DNA from: Negaprion brevirostris
Lineage: Eukaryota
Reading direction: 5' to 3'
Assembly: GCA_030324005.1 (NCBI GenBank)
Contig: JARDVH010000073.1
Location: 52,158,461-52,222,460 of the forward strand
Length of the DNA: 64,000 nt
Below, in pieces: positions 12,300 through 26,399 of the stretch. A program made the position numbers and the translations under genes. The notes under the pieces were generated by a model. That model ran no database searches and was not told where the DNA came from. It saw only the letters and a program-made list of their open reading frames with translations. The first letter of the stretch is position 1. Every line of letters begins with the position of its first letter.

Positions 12300-14205
12300 C
12301 TCCACTTGTGCCTGGGCTATGAAGGCCAAGATATCATTTGTCGTCTTTACTGCCTGCTGTACGTGAATGATTACTTTCATCAACTGATATATGAGCACCA
12401 CAAGGTCTCGCTGAATATCCACCTCTCCCAATTTACACTCATTCAAGTAATAATTTGTCTTCCTATTATTGCTACCAAAGTGGATAACATCATATTTATC
12501 CACATTATACTGAATCTGCCATGCAGGTGCACACAGACTCAGCCTGTCCAAATCATGCTGAAGTAACTCTGCATCCTCCTCACAGCTCATTCTCCTACCC
12601 AACTTTGCATCATCTGCAAATTTGGAGATAATCCATGATCTGCCCTTACCACATGCTTCCGTTGCACGCACATACACTTACGCTCACACCCTAACAAACA
12701 TGGCACACCACATGGGTGGTGCTGGAGTGGCTAGAAGCGTATTGATCATTATTTTGAGAATTCTGGGTTTCCATAGCTCAATATTACCGGTCCCTCTACA
12801 TATCTTTGAATCATCTGCAAACTTAGCAAGAGTGACTTCAGTTCTCTCCCCCAAATCGTTAATGTATATTGTAAAAAGTTGTGGTCCCAGCACTGACCCC
12901 TGAGGCAAATCACTCGTCATTGACTGTCATCCTGAAAAAGACCCTTTATCCCCATTCTCTACCTCCTGCCAGTCAGCCAATCCTTTATCCATGCCAGGAT
13001 CTTACCCTTAACACCATGGGGTCTTAACTTATTTAACAGTCTCCTATGTGGCACCTTGTCAAAGGCCTTCTGAAAATCTAAATAAATCACATCCATTGGT
13101 TCTCTTTTATCTAACTTCTTTGTTACTNNNNNNNNNNNNNNNNNNNNNNNNNNNNNNNNNNNNNNNNNNNNNNNNNNNNNNGACAAAGCCCTGCTGACTC
13201 AGACCTACTTTATCATGCACTTCCAAGTACTCTGCGATCTCATCTTTAATTATGGACTCTAAAATCTTAGCGATGACCGAAGTAGGCTAATGGGCCTATA
13301 ATTTCTCATCTGCTGCCTCCCTCCCTTCTTAAACAGCAGTGTTGCATTAGCTATTTTCCAGTCCTCTGATACCCACCCTGCCTCCAATAATTCCTGAAAA
13401 ATGCCTCCACAATTTTCTCAGCTATCTCTTTTAGAACCTAGGGTGTAGTCCACCCGGCCCAGGTAATTTATCCACCCTCTGAACTTTCAGTTACCCCAGA
13501 GCCATCTCCTTAGTGATGGGCACTACACTCACCTGTGCCCCCAATTCTCCTGGAGCTCTTGCGTCCCACCAGTGTCTTCCACTGTGGAGACTGATGCAAA
13601 GTAAGTATTCAGTTCCTCTGCCATTGCTTTGTTTCCTATTATTAGTTCTCCAGCCTCATTTTCCAGTGGTCCAATGGGTAATTTTGCCTCTTTCTTACTT
13701 TTTATATATTGAAAAACTCTTCCTATCTTCTTTCATTTTACTAGCTAGCTTACATTCATATTTCATCTTCTCCCCCCCTTATTGCTTTCTTAGTTCTTTG
13801 CTTGCTTTTAAATGCTTCCCAATCCTCTGGCTTCCCACTAATTCTTGACACCTTTGTATACTTTTTCCTTTGCTTTGATGCTGTCCTTGACTTCCCTCGC
13901 CAGCCATGGGTGCCTCGTCCTCCCCTTAGCATGTTTCCTCCTCCTTGGGATGGATTTCTGTTGTGCCACCCGGATAACTCTCAAAAACTCCTTCCATTTC
14001 TGTTCCACTGTCTTCCCTGCTAGGCTCCCTTTCCAATCAACTCTGGCCAACTCCTCCCTCATGTCATTGCAGTTACCTTTATTTAATTGTAATACCGTTA
14101 CATCTGATTCCGACTTCTGCCTCTCAGACTGCAGGGTAAATTCTATCATATTGTAGTCACTGCTCACTATGGGTTCCTTCACCTTAAGTTCCCTAATCAA
14201 GTCTC
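12300..14205 (-). mobile_element. Two adjacent CR1 LINE ORF2 fragments
   Basis: ORFs contain ISKFADDAKLG, PQGSVLGPQLFTIYINDL, DVIYLDFQKAFDKVPHRRLL and SDYNMIEF (end of endonuclease). Confidence 0.9.
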
Positions 14206-14214
14206 AATGATAGG

Positions 14215-14915
14215 GGAGCCTAGCACATCAGTGCAAAAGACAAGGCTGAAGCATTTGGGATCATCTTCAGCCTGATGTACCAGTGATTTATCCATCTCAG
14301 CCTCCTCCCTAGGTCCCAACAACACAGATACAGAACTTCAGCCAATTCCATTCACTCCGTGTGATAAAGAAACGGCTAAAGGGTTGTGGGCATGACAACA
14401 TTCCAGTTTTAGTGCTGAAAGTGTATGTCCAGAGGTAATGGTGCCCCAGCCAAGCTGTTCCAGTTTAACTGTAATATTGTCACCTATCTGACAATGTGGA
14501 GAATTACTCAGAAGTCCTGTCCATTAAAAAGCAGGATAAATCCAACCCAACTAATTACCATCCCTCAGTCTCTTTGTGATCATCAGTAAAGTAATGGAAT
14601 GTGTCAAACAGTGCCATCTAGCAGTACTTTCTCATCAAATGACCTGCTCAGCATTCTGCTCCTGACCTTATTACAACCTTAGTCCAAAGTAATTCATTCC
14701 AGAGGTGAGATGAGAGTGATTNNNNNNNNNNNNNNNNNNNNNNNNNNNNNNNNNNNNNNNNNNNNNNNNNNNNNNNNNNNNNNNNNNNNNNNNNNNNNNN
14801 NNNNNNNNNNNNNNNNNNNNNNNNNNNNNNNNNNNGTCTGGTTAGCGGAGGCCAATCATCTCAGTCCCAGGGTTCCTCAGGGTAGCGTCCTAGTTCACAA
14901 CTTCAGCTGCTTCAA
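14215..14915 (+). mobile_element. L2 LINE ORF2 fragment
   Basis: Degenerate 'KQDKSNPTNYHP' and 'VPQGSVL' motifs. Confidence 0.7.
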
Positions 14916-15649
14916 CAGGGGTGGCATGGTGTCACAGTGGTTAGCACTGCTGCCTCACAGCACCAGGAACCCAGATTCCATTCCAACAGGCAAATGGCTT
15001 CCGTTCTGTAAACGTACTTGCCTTCCCCCTGAAGCTGTATTCACCTCTCTCCAGCTTCTGTGTTTCTAGAAGTCTGTCATTATTAAACAAACAAAAGTAG
15101 AAAGCAGCTAAATCAAAGGCTGACAGCCTCATTAAAACACTTCAATTTGCAACCCATCTCTTGCCCATTCCTTGTAATGCCTCCTTCAAACCAGAAGGTG
15201 GGAAGGTTGGAGGCAGATTTTAGACTTCTAAAACTTTAACATTTGACCTGACCCCAATCTACCCATTTTTGAGTGTTAAATTTCAGCACATTATGTTCAA
15301 ACTGTAGACAGTTGAACTATCAGGGGTCACTTTGTCAGAGCTGCTTTAGCATTATTGTGTTTTCCAGAACGGAAGCCATTTGCCTGTTTAATGAGGCATA
15401 TTATTTATCTCACTGCATCCGTTGTACTGTGTATCACAATCTAGTGCTGGGAGGAAAGAATGTTTGTTAAAAAATGTCCTTCTGCTTATGCATTCCAAAA
15501 GGATTGACTTGATGTTGACCCTGAGATCATAGCAGTCTTGTAGGATTATTTTTGTTTAAAGTTAAGGGCAGAGAGACTGTTGTTCGGTGGCAATTTGTCA
15601 CAACTACAAGACAAGTTTCAGTCAAAGCTAGGATCCTATGCAATAAAGG

Positions 15650-16000
15650 GGAAGCGGTGGCATTGTCACCGGTCAAGTAATCCAGAGACCGACAGCAAGA
15701 TCTGGGGACCTGGGTTTAAATCCCACCATGGCAGATGATGAAATTTGAATTCAATAAAAATCTGGAATTAAAAAATGAATGATGACCATGAAACTATTGT
15801 CGATTGTTGTAAAACCCATTGTTCTCCAATGTCCTTTAGGGAAGGAACTCTTGTCGTCCTTACTTGGTCTGGCCTGCGTGTGACTCCAGACCCACAGCAA
15901 TGTGATTGACTCAAATTTCTTTTGAAATGGAGGGCAGCTAGGTACGAGCAATAATTGTTGGCCAGGCCAGCGATGCTGTTGTCCTGTCAAATGAATTTTT
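15650..16000 (+). mobile_element. tRNA-derived SINE with L2-type 3' tail
   Basis: tRNA-like head (gggtttaaatcccacc), family core, and L2-like tail. Confidence 0.7.
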
Positions 16001-16251
16001 AAAAGTTCACAGTTGACATTGGGCCTTAGTCGACAGTGAAATAGGGTAGGAGGTTTGTGAAGATCATAGAAACATGGTGGAAATGAATTGGACTGAATGA
16101 CCTGTGAATTCCATATAATTCTATCATGTAGAGAGGAAAATGTTACACTGATACACTGGCAAGAGTCTAAGAGTGCAATGTTCTGTCCACAGGATGGGGG
16201 CAAGGTTAATATGGCTTGTTCTCCAGATGGAAGATTGGCAAAAGAGAAGGA

Positions 16252-16375
16252 TCAGGCACTTTCTCTTTCCTCATTCTGAGTTTGCTGCTCATGAGGACTA
16301 TAGTGAATGATGCCTTGATGGGTCCTTTGGAGAGCATAATAACAGGCATAGAGTGTAGCTCGAAAGCTATATCCT
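16252..16375 (-). CDS. Weak candidate terminal exon
   Basis: Good acceptor attttcttcattgtag|. One frame reads GYSFRATLYACYYALQRTHQGIIHYSPHEQQTQNEERESA*; an alternative frame is open to 16206. No homologue recognised. Confidence 0.2.
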
Positions 16376-19300
16376 CTACAATGAAGAAAATATTTATAAT
16401 ATCTATTTGAAATGTACTTTTCACTTAATTAAAGCTGATGTCAACTAGCTTGTCCTCTTTCTGTTATGTGATCTGAATTGACCCAAGCTGACCCATTTCC
16501 TACATCTCCGTGCTAGATATTGTTGTCTCCTCCTACAAACCTCTCTGCAGTTATTCATCTGCTTCGCTTGAAATCAGTTTGGAAGCTCTTTTCCACACTC
16601 TGTCCATCATGATCAGAACTGAAGACAATTGCCAGAATTGTAGCGCCCTGCCTGCCATGGGAATCGGAACAGGTAAGGGGCGGACAATGGGAAAATCCAT
16701 TGACCTCAAGTGGGATTTTCTGGTCTCAGGTCAAGCAAGACCATAAAATCCTGCCTAATATTCCAAACAGGTTCACACCAGCACAACGTAAATGCAACTA
16801 TTTAAACTTAAAGTCCAGCATTTTATTAGTTTTGTCTTCTTAGCCATTCTATAATATCCCAGGTTTCCAGGGCTCTCTGTTGCTAAGTCCATTCAGTTTG
16901 TTTGATATTTCTCGACATTCAGCAGGCGCCAGCATGTGGTCACAATGGTGCCTTTTACAGCCCAGACATGAACCTGTCGTGGGGGTCTCCCTGGGGTCAT
17001 AAATGTAAGCATAGCCCCCAGGGGAGAGTGACATGGCCAGGTAATAGCCTGGAAATGTCCCCTGGTATCCATGCCAAGGAAAGGGGCCAAGAAAAATGAG
17101 CCAAGGAGTAGGGGATGCCAGCCCAGGCTGTGGTGGTGGTGGTGGCAAGGGGCCAAGAGAAGTGCTGAATCGGATAGTGGGTGGGGAGACCTCCATGGTG
17201 GGCTTGGGAGAAGCTTAATCAGGTTCTGATTGGGATGCCCTTTAAAGATGGTGCTCTGATCTGAGCAGTGGGGTTTTGAACCCCTCCCCGCCCTGCCGTC
17301 CCCACCCACACCCACACCCAATTGAAACACACCCCATTGATTTTTTTTTGGCAAAATGCCGTAAGATCTGGAGAGAAAACTGATGTGTGAGAAAAACATG
17401 TTTTGTTGCTGGAAACAACACTGCTATTTTTTGTGTAAGAATTCACATGTAGCCTTTTGGCACAGGCCAATAAAAGTTCCACATAGGAAATGCCTACTAT
17501 AATGGAATAGTCTACAATTAATTTATCCACCCCACCCTTGGTAATTGCAACAGCAAATCCAATTAACTAGCCTGTATAGCTCACTGCCCTCTATTGGAGT
17601 ACTTTGTGGACTGTTTGAGTAATTAAAGGAGATGTCTGTATATTTATTCCAAGTTTTTCAGCAATGATGAGACCGGTTACATTTATTCCCCATTTACTTC
17701 AGAAAAATAATCAGGAAAACTCTAAAGCAGTTGGGAAATGGAAATTACCACACTGACTAAAGTCAATAGTGTTTGATTTGTGTTGGTCCTGTGCACCCGT
17801 AGCACACTCATGAGCTCTCTAGATGTCCCTGTGCTTGTGTATACAAATGTAGATTTGATATTGGAGTTGTTTTTAATCATAATTTGTTAGGTATTCACAG
17901 CCTTATAGCTAGCACCAGTGCAGATTATCATAAACATTTGTAGCAGGGATGAAGGACATTTGGCCCATTGTGTCTATGCTGTTCGACCAGTTAACCATCC
18001 AGCCAAATTCAACTTCCCAGCTCTTGGACATGATATGGAACTCTGGTTTATCCGAATCCTATATGACTTTTCCTTGGAGGAAAAGCACACTGGGGAAGGG
18101 GAATATGTTTGAATAAAAAAGTAACCCCAATTTTGAGTTAAAAATTAAGTACTTTTATTAAAATTATTGTAGACAATGCAATTTGCAGTACATTTGGTTG
18201 CAGTTTTGTTCTTTGTTTGACCTTAGAGTTGCTTTGATACATGAGAAAACAAGAGCTAACCAGTGGGATATTCAAAGAACAAAGAACAACCCAGCACGGG
18301 AAACAGGCCCTTCGGCCCAACGAGCCCGCGCTGCCGCATCCTCCTACCCTACCCTACCTTCCTCTTGATTGTAGTTACAAACAACTGGGTAGATTCTTTT
18401 TCTGTATCTTTAATACTGAGAAGCACTTTAAAGAGAACCTACCACACTATAATGCACTGGATGGGCAAAATTCAAGAGAAAAGGTCCGAAAGCTTCCACC
18501 TGATGTTTGCTGGATCCTGACCAATTTGCATTGTAATTTCTGAGCTTTAATCTGAATGAATAGCCCATTCAATAAACTGGACACACTGAGAACTACTGGA
18601 CTGTGTTTTCCTCATTGATATGAATGTATAAATTCCAAAAGCTTCAGTGATGTGGGAAGTACTACCAAATTACTAACCAAACTGTACCTTGCACTCGGAC
18701 ACAGAAGGGATTGATTGTATACTTGGTAGGTTATAATTGTGCCATGGATTAAGTAAAAAAAATCAGGGCTACAGATCTTTCAAAGGCATGACAGGTCAAA
18801 CAGTCGCCTGCTCAATAGAATATTCTACAATTAATTTATCTGCTCACTTTTAAATGTAACACAAATCCAATTAGATAGCACGTATAGCCAACTGCAAGAA
18901 TGGCACTTATAGCCAGTTTGGGTCATTAAAAGTAATGTTCCTTCATTGGTTCCAAGTATGTGCGCAATGGTATTAAGGTTACATTTGCTCTTGAAAGTTA
19001 ACCAGGGGAAACACTAGACCAGATTAGTTAGGATGGCCAGAAGATATAAATTGAGCACTTTATTTTTTATAAATGTCATGCTTGGTAAAAGCATATTCTA
19101 TTCACAACTTAAAACATGAGTTTCTGGAGCTACCATTTATTTATAATAGGCATTGATGAAATTTCAAGATGGCTGTCAAGGAGTCGGGTGACCTTTGCCT
19201 ATTCAACACAGGCTATCAAGCTTCCAGAAGTTCAAACTGAATCATCTGTGGTGGGATGGGAGGCCCAAACCCCCTTACAATCGATGTAACCACATATACA

Positions 19301-20417
19301 GACAGCACTCATCTGTGAAATTCAGATCTGCATTGTTTGAAGTTTATTCAAAACAGGATTAATAAACTCCTGGGGGTGGAGGACCATACAAAGGTCCATT
19401 GACCTCAGGTGGAAATTTCTCACCTTGATGCTCGTCCCAAGGCCAGAAAATCCCAGCCCTAGACTTTAATGTCTCCAGAATAAAAGAAGGTTGATGAGAT
19501 CAGTCGTCTACAAGTGTGTGAAAGATTACAATCTCTCTCTTATTGTGTCGTGATGGCTTTGATCTTCCAACCTGTTCTGGTTGGACAATGCCAATATTGG
19601 TCATGTGATTGAAACTGGCTTGAGGTAATGAGTTTTATCTAAAACCAGAGATACCAAGGCAGTCGGCAGAAAACCACCAAAGAGACAGCAACTGCAGGAA
19701 AGGCGTAATTTTTGCCTTCAAAGGACCATCAGGCATCAGCCAGTCTCAGAATCAGACTCTGAAGATAGCTGCAATTCATCAAGCAGCAAGTAATTAACCA
19801 ATTCCAGTTTCAAAGTTCACCTAAGAACCAATCTACTAGATATTCAACTTTAAACCAAATCTAATCAAGGAACCACTGACCTGCTGTGTTGGAGACAGGA
19901 AATTGTAAATCATATAGTGAATTAACTGTAATCTACAAAGGTGCTCCATAATATCCAATACTGAGACCATGTGTGTCACATTTCATTAGTTCTGGGCTGT
20001 GAGAAAATAAACAACCGTCTTTATTTAAACTCCCAAAAGCTTGCTGCCGAACTAATTACTAGTAATGCACACCTGCACAGGAAGAAAGAATATTCCTCAT
20101 TCCACATAAATAAAGGTGATTAAAAGCAATGAGTGCACAAAGATTTGGCTGTGACAAATAACAAGCATGCGACTTTCGTCATCAACCTTTTCTAGGTGCT
20201 AGCCCACAAATTGCCAGAATTATAAAATTAACAGTTTCCATGCTAGGTGCAAATCATAGACATTGCAAAAGTCAAATACCACAAGCATCACAATCCACAC
20301 CTTTTATATTACAAATATAACAAATATAACTGTAACAAAATGGAAAAAAATGAACATGAGACTAAGCCAAGGGGAAATAAGCAGGTGCCAGTGAATTACT
20401 CAGGTTCCATTCCTGAG

Positions 20418-20653
20418 TTATGATACCGGAACTGTTGAATGAGCAGTTGTATTATTGTGTACCTGATTGTCACTCATATCTGCTGTGGTTGCTGAGAAAT
20501 AATNNNNNNNNNNGGATGGTAATTCTGCTAAATGTTGCTGAGTTTTGCCGACTGTGCCTTCAGTAAAAGCACTTTGCATATAATAGGATGATATCATCGA
20601 ATGACATGTGTGCACATATTTAGCAGATTTAATTCTTGCCTGCACACCATTGC
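20418..20653 (-). CDS. Weak candidate terminal exon, interrupted by a 10-N gap
   Basis: Acceptor taatatttag|, then NGVQARIKSAKYVHTCHSMISSYYMQSAFTEGTVGKTQQHLAELPS..YFSATTADMSDNQVHNNTTAHSTVPVS*. Non-repetitive and S/T-rich. The frame across the gap cannot be verified. Confidence 0.25.
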
Positions 20654-21469
20654 CTAAATATTACCAATTATAAATTTTGTATGAATGTTTGTTGTTTGAC
20701 CTTCATGGTGTATTTGCACAAGTTTAGGGTCAGCCTGGGATGTCTTGTGATGCAGTAGGTCGCATCTAGGCCTCTGAACCAGAAGCTCAAGAGTTCAATC
20801 CCACTTCAGGACTAGATGTCCAAGGAAGGTGTTCACAACCTGGCCAAACAGTTTGAGTATCAATTTGTAAATACTCCCAACATAGGTCAGCGGCAGGTAG
20901 AAAGAGAAGGAGAGATTTGTGACNNNNNNNNNNGAAAAAAAAAATGGAGCCTCTACCATCACTATTCATTTCTCCAGACTACAATATGTAAAAGTGCATG
21001 TTGCCACAGCTACAAGACATGTTAGAGAATCAGTTACCTGGATGGCCAGTGTGGATCAGTTTGTTGCCAACAGCACAGTGTTTGATCCCCATTCTAGTTG
21101 GAATGCTTCAGGACCGTCTCCTTGCCCTATATGAGAGGAGGTCAAGACACAATGGGTTGGTTCTGTCTTTCGGCAAAGAACTGAAGGAGGAAAAGAAGAG
21201 TCTGTGTGAGGCAATGTGTTGTCTAAATTGGACGAGGCCTTGCTTGACAATTGGACCAACACTGAACAAGATTCCATCCTCCTGAATTCTACTTGGATAA
21301 GCTCCAACTCTTAGAATTGGGCTGTTTTTAACACAAAGTATATTGGTGCAAGAACATTATAAAACTGCTTCACATCTATAACAACATTGGGTGATAGAAA
21401 TCTTGCCTCAGAAATCAGTCTAGAAACTTAAACTACAAAACCTAAACCAATTGCCTTGTTGTAAAAGCA

Positions 21470-21785
21470 CTGTCACAAGTCCATTCTTTCAGATATTAAA
21501 TCAAGGTTCCATGTGCTGTCTCAAATGGGTGTAAAACCATGTTTCAATGAAGAAGAGTGGTATTCTCCCCAGTATCCAAGCCAATACTTATCTTGCAACA
21601 AATGGCATTAAAAAGACAAATTACTTTGGTCACTTATTTTACTACTCTTTGTGGAATCTTGCTGTGTGCACATTGCCATTGTTCCTATGTTACACCAGGA
21701 TCTACCTTTCAAAAAGTAGATGCTTAGATGTAAAGAGCCTAGGGATGACTGAAGGGTGTGGAAGGTACAATATAAATGAAATACT
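21470..21785 (+). mobile_element. Deu-domain SINE (SacSINE1/AmnSINE1-related), old copy
   Basis: Deu-core-like sequence gaagaagagtggtattctccccagtatccaagccaatacttat...tgtggaatcttgctgtgtgcacattg. Related degenerate copies at ~1480-1740(-), 7870-8075(+), 30830-31035(-) and 46470-46735(-). Confidence 0.6.
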
Positions 21786-22509
21786 TTAATAGTTTCCAAT
21801 TGATCTCCAAGGAGATGAGATTCCAATTCCTCATTGCTATAAAGTGCTCACTACTGGAAAGGCATTGTGTGGGTTGATGCTGAGGAGCTAATTGGGTCTG
21901 CAGTCCCTCAATGGGCAGTAGAATAGCTTAGAAGTTCACTATCTAGGCCCAAACCTCATTAGAATGAGGTTATGAGAGAGCAACCTAGCAACCTGAAGCC
22001 CAATCCCTCAGTCAGGAATCAAGGGAGATTGACTCTAATTCCCAATAACACAATTGAATCTTAGTGCTGGTGCTAGTGTCTTCTGAATGGTAAGTAAAAG
22101 GGTTGCTCATCTAAATTAAGCTATTCTATGATGAATGATACTCAATGCTGTGCTCTGTGAAGCTGAACAAAGATAAACAAGGCAAAGTACAAAGAATTGC
22201 ATTAAAACCATTGATGTTACAGTGAAGCAGTTAGAGCTGACATACATATGGTCCTGCCTCACTAACAGGATGCAACATCACTCATCAACAGTCGGAGTAA
22301 GAATTGTAAGCATTGCTCAAAGTAGCAGTGTGCATTTTGCTTCTTTTTCCTCCATCTGATATCTCCAGATGGCCTGGAGTCATGCAGTTCTGTAGGCATT
22401 GGCAGTTCTCTGGTACTTCACACAAGCTTTGTGCAAGAAACATATTGAGGTAAAATTGAGGCCTAGATTGAGTAAATAGGTCATCCCTATTTACTCAAAC
22501 TTTCATTAA

Positions 22510-22770
22510 TCGTGTCACAAGTAGGCTTATATTCACACTGCAGTGAAATTACTGTGAAAATTGCCTAGTCACCACACTCTGGCACCTACTTGGCACTGTT
22601 ACACTGAGAGAGAATTTTGCATGGCCAATGCGCCAAACCAGGACATGTTTCAGACTGTGGGAGGAAACCCACAGACATGGGGAGAACACGTACTCTGCAC
22701 AGACAATGACCCAAGCTGGGAATCGAATCTGGGTCCCTGGCGCAGTGAGGCAGCAGTGCTAACCATTGCT
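22510..22770 (-). mobile_element. HE1-like SINE subfamily
   Basis: tRNA-like head ggttagcactgctgcctcactgcgccagggacccag on the minus strand; tail shared with 29860-30165 and 60783-61036. Confidence 0.75.
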
Positions 22771-23574
22771 GATGCTGGTTTAGTAATATTATATTCTGGG
22801 AACATTTNNNNNNNNNNNNNNNNNNNNNNNNNNNNNNNNNNNNNNNNNNNNNNNNNNNNNNNNNNNNNNNNNNNNNNNNNNNNNNNNNNNNNNNNNNNNN
22901 NNNNNNNNNNNNNNNNNNNNNNNNNNNNNNNNNNNNNNNNNNNNNNNNNNNNNNNNNNNNNNNNNNNNNNNNNNNNNNNNNNNNNNNNNNNNNNNNNNNN
23001 NNNNNNNNNNNNNNNNNNNNNNNNNNNNNNNNNNNNNNNNNNNNNNNNNNNNNNNNNNNNNNNNNNNNNNNNNNNNNNNNNNNNNNNNNNNNNNNNNNNN
23101 NNNNNNNNNNNNNNNNNNNNNNNNNNNNNNNNNNNNNNNNNNNNNNNNNNNNNNNNNNNNNNNNNNNNNNNNNNNNNNNNNNNNNNNNNNNNNNNNNNNN
23201 NNNNNNNNNNNNNNNNNNNNNNNNNNNNNNNNNNNNNNNNNNNNNNNNNNNNNNNNNNNNNNNNNNNNNNNNNNNNNNNNNNNNNNNNNNNNNNNNNNNN
23301 NNNNNNNNNNNNNNNNNNNNNNNNNNNNNNNNNNNNNNNNNNNNNNNNNNNNNNNNNNNNNNNNNNNNNNNNNNNTTTTGATGATTTCTAACCTAGACAG
23401 TGAGTGTTGCCTATTATTTGACTGCGATGGACATCCCATTTGGCATGAATCATTGAACACACTCGTCATTTTGAAATAAGGCAGTGACCATGAATGACAC
23501 AAATCATAGAAGTCTAAAGCACAATTGGAGCCCTTTGGTCCATTGAGTCAGTGTTGTTTTCTTGAAATGACTAT

Positions 23575-24270
23575 TCATTCATGGGGTTTGCTGACTAGTC
23601 AGCATTTATTGCCCATCCCTACTTGCCCAAGAGAATGTTATGGTGAGCTGCCTTCTAGAACTGCTGCAGTCCGTGTGGGGTAGTGTTGTAAGGGAGCTCC
23701 AGGGTTTTGACACAGCAGCAGTGAAGGAACACTGTACATAGTTGCAAGTCAAGGATGGTGAGTGCCTTGGAGGAGATCTTCCAGTGGTGGGTTCCCATAC
23801 ATGTCACCCTTGTCCTTCTAAGTGGTAAAGGTAGTGGGTTTGGAAGGTGCTGTCAAAAAGAGCATTGGTGAGTTCCTGCAGTGCATCTTGTAGACGGTGC
23901 ACACTGCTGCCACTGTGAATCAGTGATTGAAGGAGGGGATGCTGAATAAAGAGGCAGCTGGCTAAAGCAGTAGGGGCAAATGGATCAAAAGTTATGGGGA
24001 GAAAGCAGGATTAGGCTATTGAGTTGGACAATCAGCCACGATCATAATGAATGGTGGAGCAAGCTCGAAGGGCCAAATGGCATTCTTCTGCTATATGTTT
24101 CTATGAAGGTGGTGGATGAGGTGCCGAGCAAGCTGTGTCTTGGAATGGTGTTGAACTTCTAAGTGTTGTTGGAGCAGCATTTCTCCAAGCAAGTGGAAAG
24201 TAGTCCATCACACTTCTGTCATGTAGATGATAATTCCCAGCCTGTATCTGCTTTTGTAGTTACAGGATTT
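23575..24270 (-). mobile_element. L2 3' fragment with a nested CR1 3' tail (~23965-24105, +)
   Basis: L2 tail motif gcatttattgcccatccct; nested gaatggtggagcaagctcgaagggccaaatggc CR1 tail. Confidence 0.65.
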
Positions 24271-26399
24271 AGAAAGCCATGAAATGGCAACCATATAACG
24301 TTAAAGTGGGGGAAAAGGAGTTGAAGTACAGATCAGGGCTCAAGGGGCTGAGTGGCCGACCTCAGTTTCTATGTTCCTATGCTGAAGCAATTCAAAACTA
24401 ACCCCCTAATCCTATTCTTTCTCCAGGACCCTGGATCCTTCAAAACATGTCAGATTTCCACTGCAACTACTCAAACAGCAGAGTGTTCCATTGCTTCAAC
24501 AACCCTCCCTGGGAAGAATCATTTCCCTAACCCTTCACCTCAGCTACTTCTCTCAACACTGATTTCCCAATGAGAGCAAGCAGTCCTTACCCACTTTTAA
24601 ATTTTAGCATGATGAGATTCTGACAGAGGTGCAGGATTTCAATAATTCTACTAAGTTTTAGAATCTGTAAAGTCTATGGATTTTATCCTGCAACGAAAGT
24701 TTAAAATTAAATGGTTCACTTTGGACTTTGTTCGATAATTAACAATCAAGGCAGCTGGGGAACAGGAACACAGTTGTGAAGAAAAGAAAAACAGAATTGG
24801 TTTATGACGGAGCCCTTTTGAATCTTAAGCTGAAGCTTCCATATAGTCGACATGTATAGGAAAGAAATTAGCAAGAATTTATCAATTACAAACAAGAAAC
24901 AAAACAACCACTGTTACGTATACCTCTTAGTGAACATCTCTAATGTGTTCCAATTAAAACCAAAACCCATAGACAACAAAAAATCCTTTTCACGGGTTAA
25001 ACACCGCACAAATTAATGTTCACTTGATTCTGGGATTGATTCTTTTCCTTGAGGCTGCAGTCAAATACTCCTGTGACTCAGCAGTTTGAAAACAGGACTT
25101 CCACCCTTCAGGAAAACCAGCTCTTGTTTTCAGCTAACCAACAGAATTTCCAAAAAAAACAGAGAGAAGGAGGATTGGATGCTTTTAACACTCCATCTCA
25201 CAAATGGAAATGTTACCCTGATACCTGAGCTCCGCCTAGGTTTTCTCCTCCTACAATGGCATCACTCAAGGCTGTGAGCTGCAGAGATCATGATTTAAAG
25301 AAACATTTCTTAAGGGACACTAACATCACAATGCTGGGACTAGAAGATCACACTGCCAGCGAATGGCATGCCCGCCTGCACCGTCATGAAACAGACTACA
25401 GAAAATCCTGCTCATTATGTTTAAAACTAACATACATTGCTTTAATTAATTTGTACCAGAGAGGAAACACTTATTCTCTGATATTTATGATATGAAGTGG
25501 TCTAAACTTTTAATAACTTTAGTGTGGGGCTTGGGTTAAGGTATGTTGACAAGATAATGCGAGTTTATTTATGTCTTCTCTGTATCTAGAGGAAATGTGC
25601 ATTTAGGATGGAAATGTAAACTTTTGGAGTCTAAACCATAAAGCAGGGATTGTTGCAAAGGTGGAATGACAGAAGATGATAGGCATCCGATATGCCAATA
25701 GGAGGGGTGAATTTCAATTACCTGCAAAAAAAAAAAGGACAATGGGAGACCAGGAGAAAGAAGTTGAGAATCACAGTCCTTGTTGGCACACCATAGCTTC
25801 TGGGGTATGACTCATCTGGATACAGTTCAACATCACTTCAAAGAAAGAGAGAGGGACATCATTTCTGCTAACAACACAAGATTTTCTAGAATTTTGAGAA
25901 ATGAGAAACTTAACGTGTCTCCACTGCTTCTTGTTAAGTATAGGTAACATCTTGCTTAATACTTTCTACCTATTAGTTATTCATACCTTGCGAGTTAACA
26001 AAATTGAGGACCAAGTGTTAGAAATTATAAATTCAAAACATTTTTTTAAATACCTCAATACATAGGCTGGAATTTTTCAGCCTGGATTTTTTTCAGCCAT
26101 TCGCGCTGGCAGGATGATGGTGCATCCCTCACTGCTGTGAAAGTTTACAACAGGAAACACCATTGAAAATGGCAGGACTGTGGGCCATCTTTGCTGCTGT
26201 TAAGCACGCAGCAAGGGGTGCAGAATCTTTAATGTAGATATAATGGAAACAAATGAAAGAACAACTAAGCAAAAAATTGAAGGTAAATGCTCTGGACCAG
26301 AAATTGGACAGAATATAAATGCGAGTGTGGAATAAATGGGCTTAAGGACCTGTTTGTGTCCATCTTTATCTGTGGAATAATACCAGGAACAGATAATGA

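Noticed and set aside
22561-23502. Long ORFs of 230-294 aa in the track (also 35772-36656, and shorter ones at 48025-48507 and 59729-60301)
   Set aside because: Their length comes from N runs translated as X.
25721-25835. Minus-strand exon-like segment (DVELYPDESYPRSYGVPTRTVILNFFLL...)
   Set aside because: It ends in a T homopolymer plus CAG|gtaatt that reads equally well as an acceptor. The frame depends on homopolymer length and there is no homology support.
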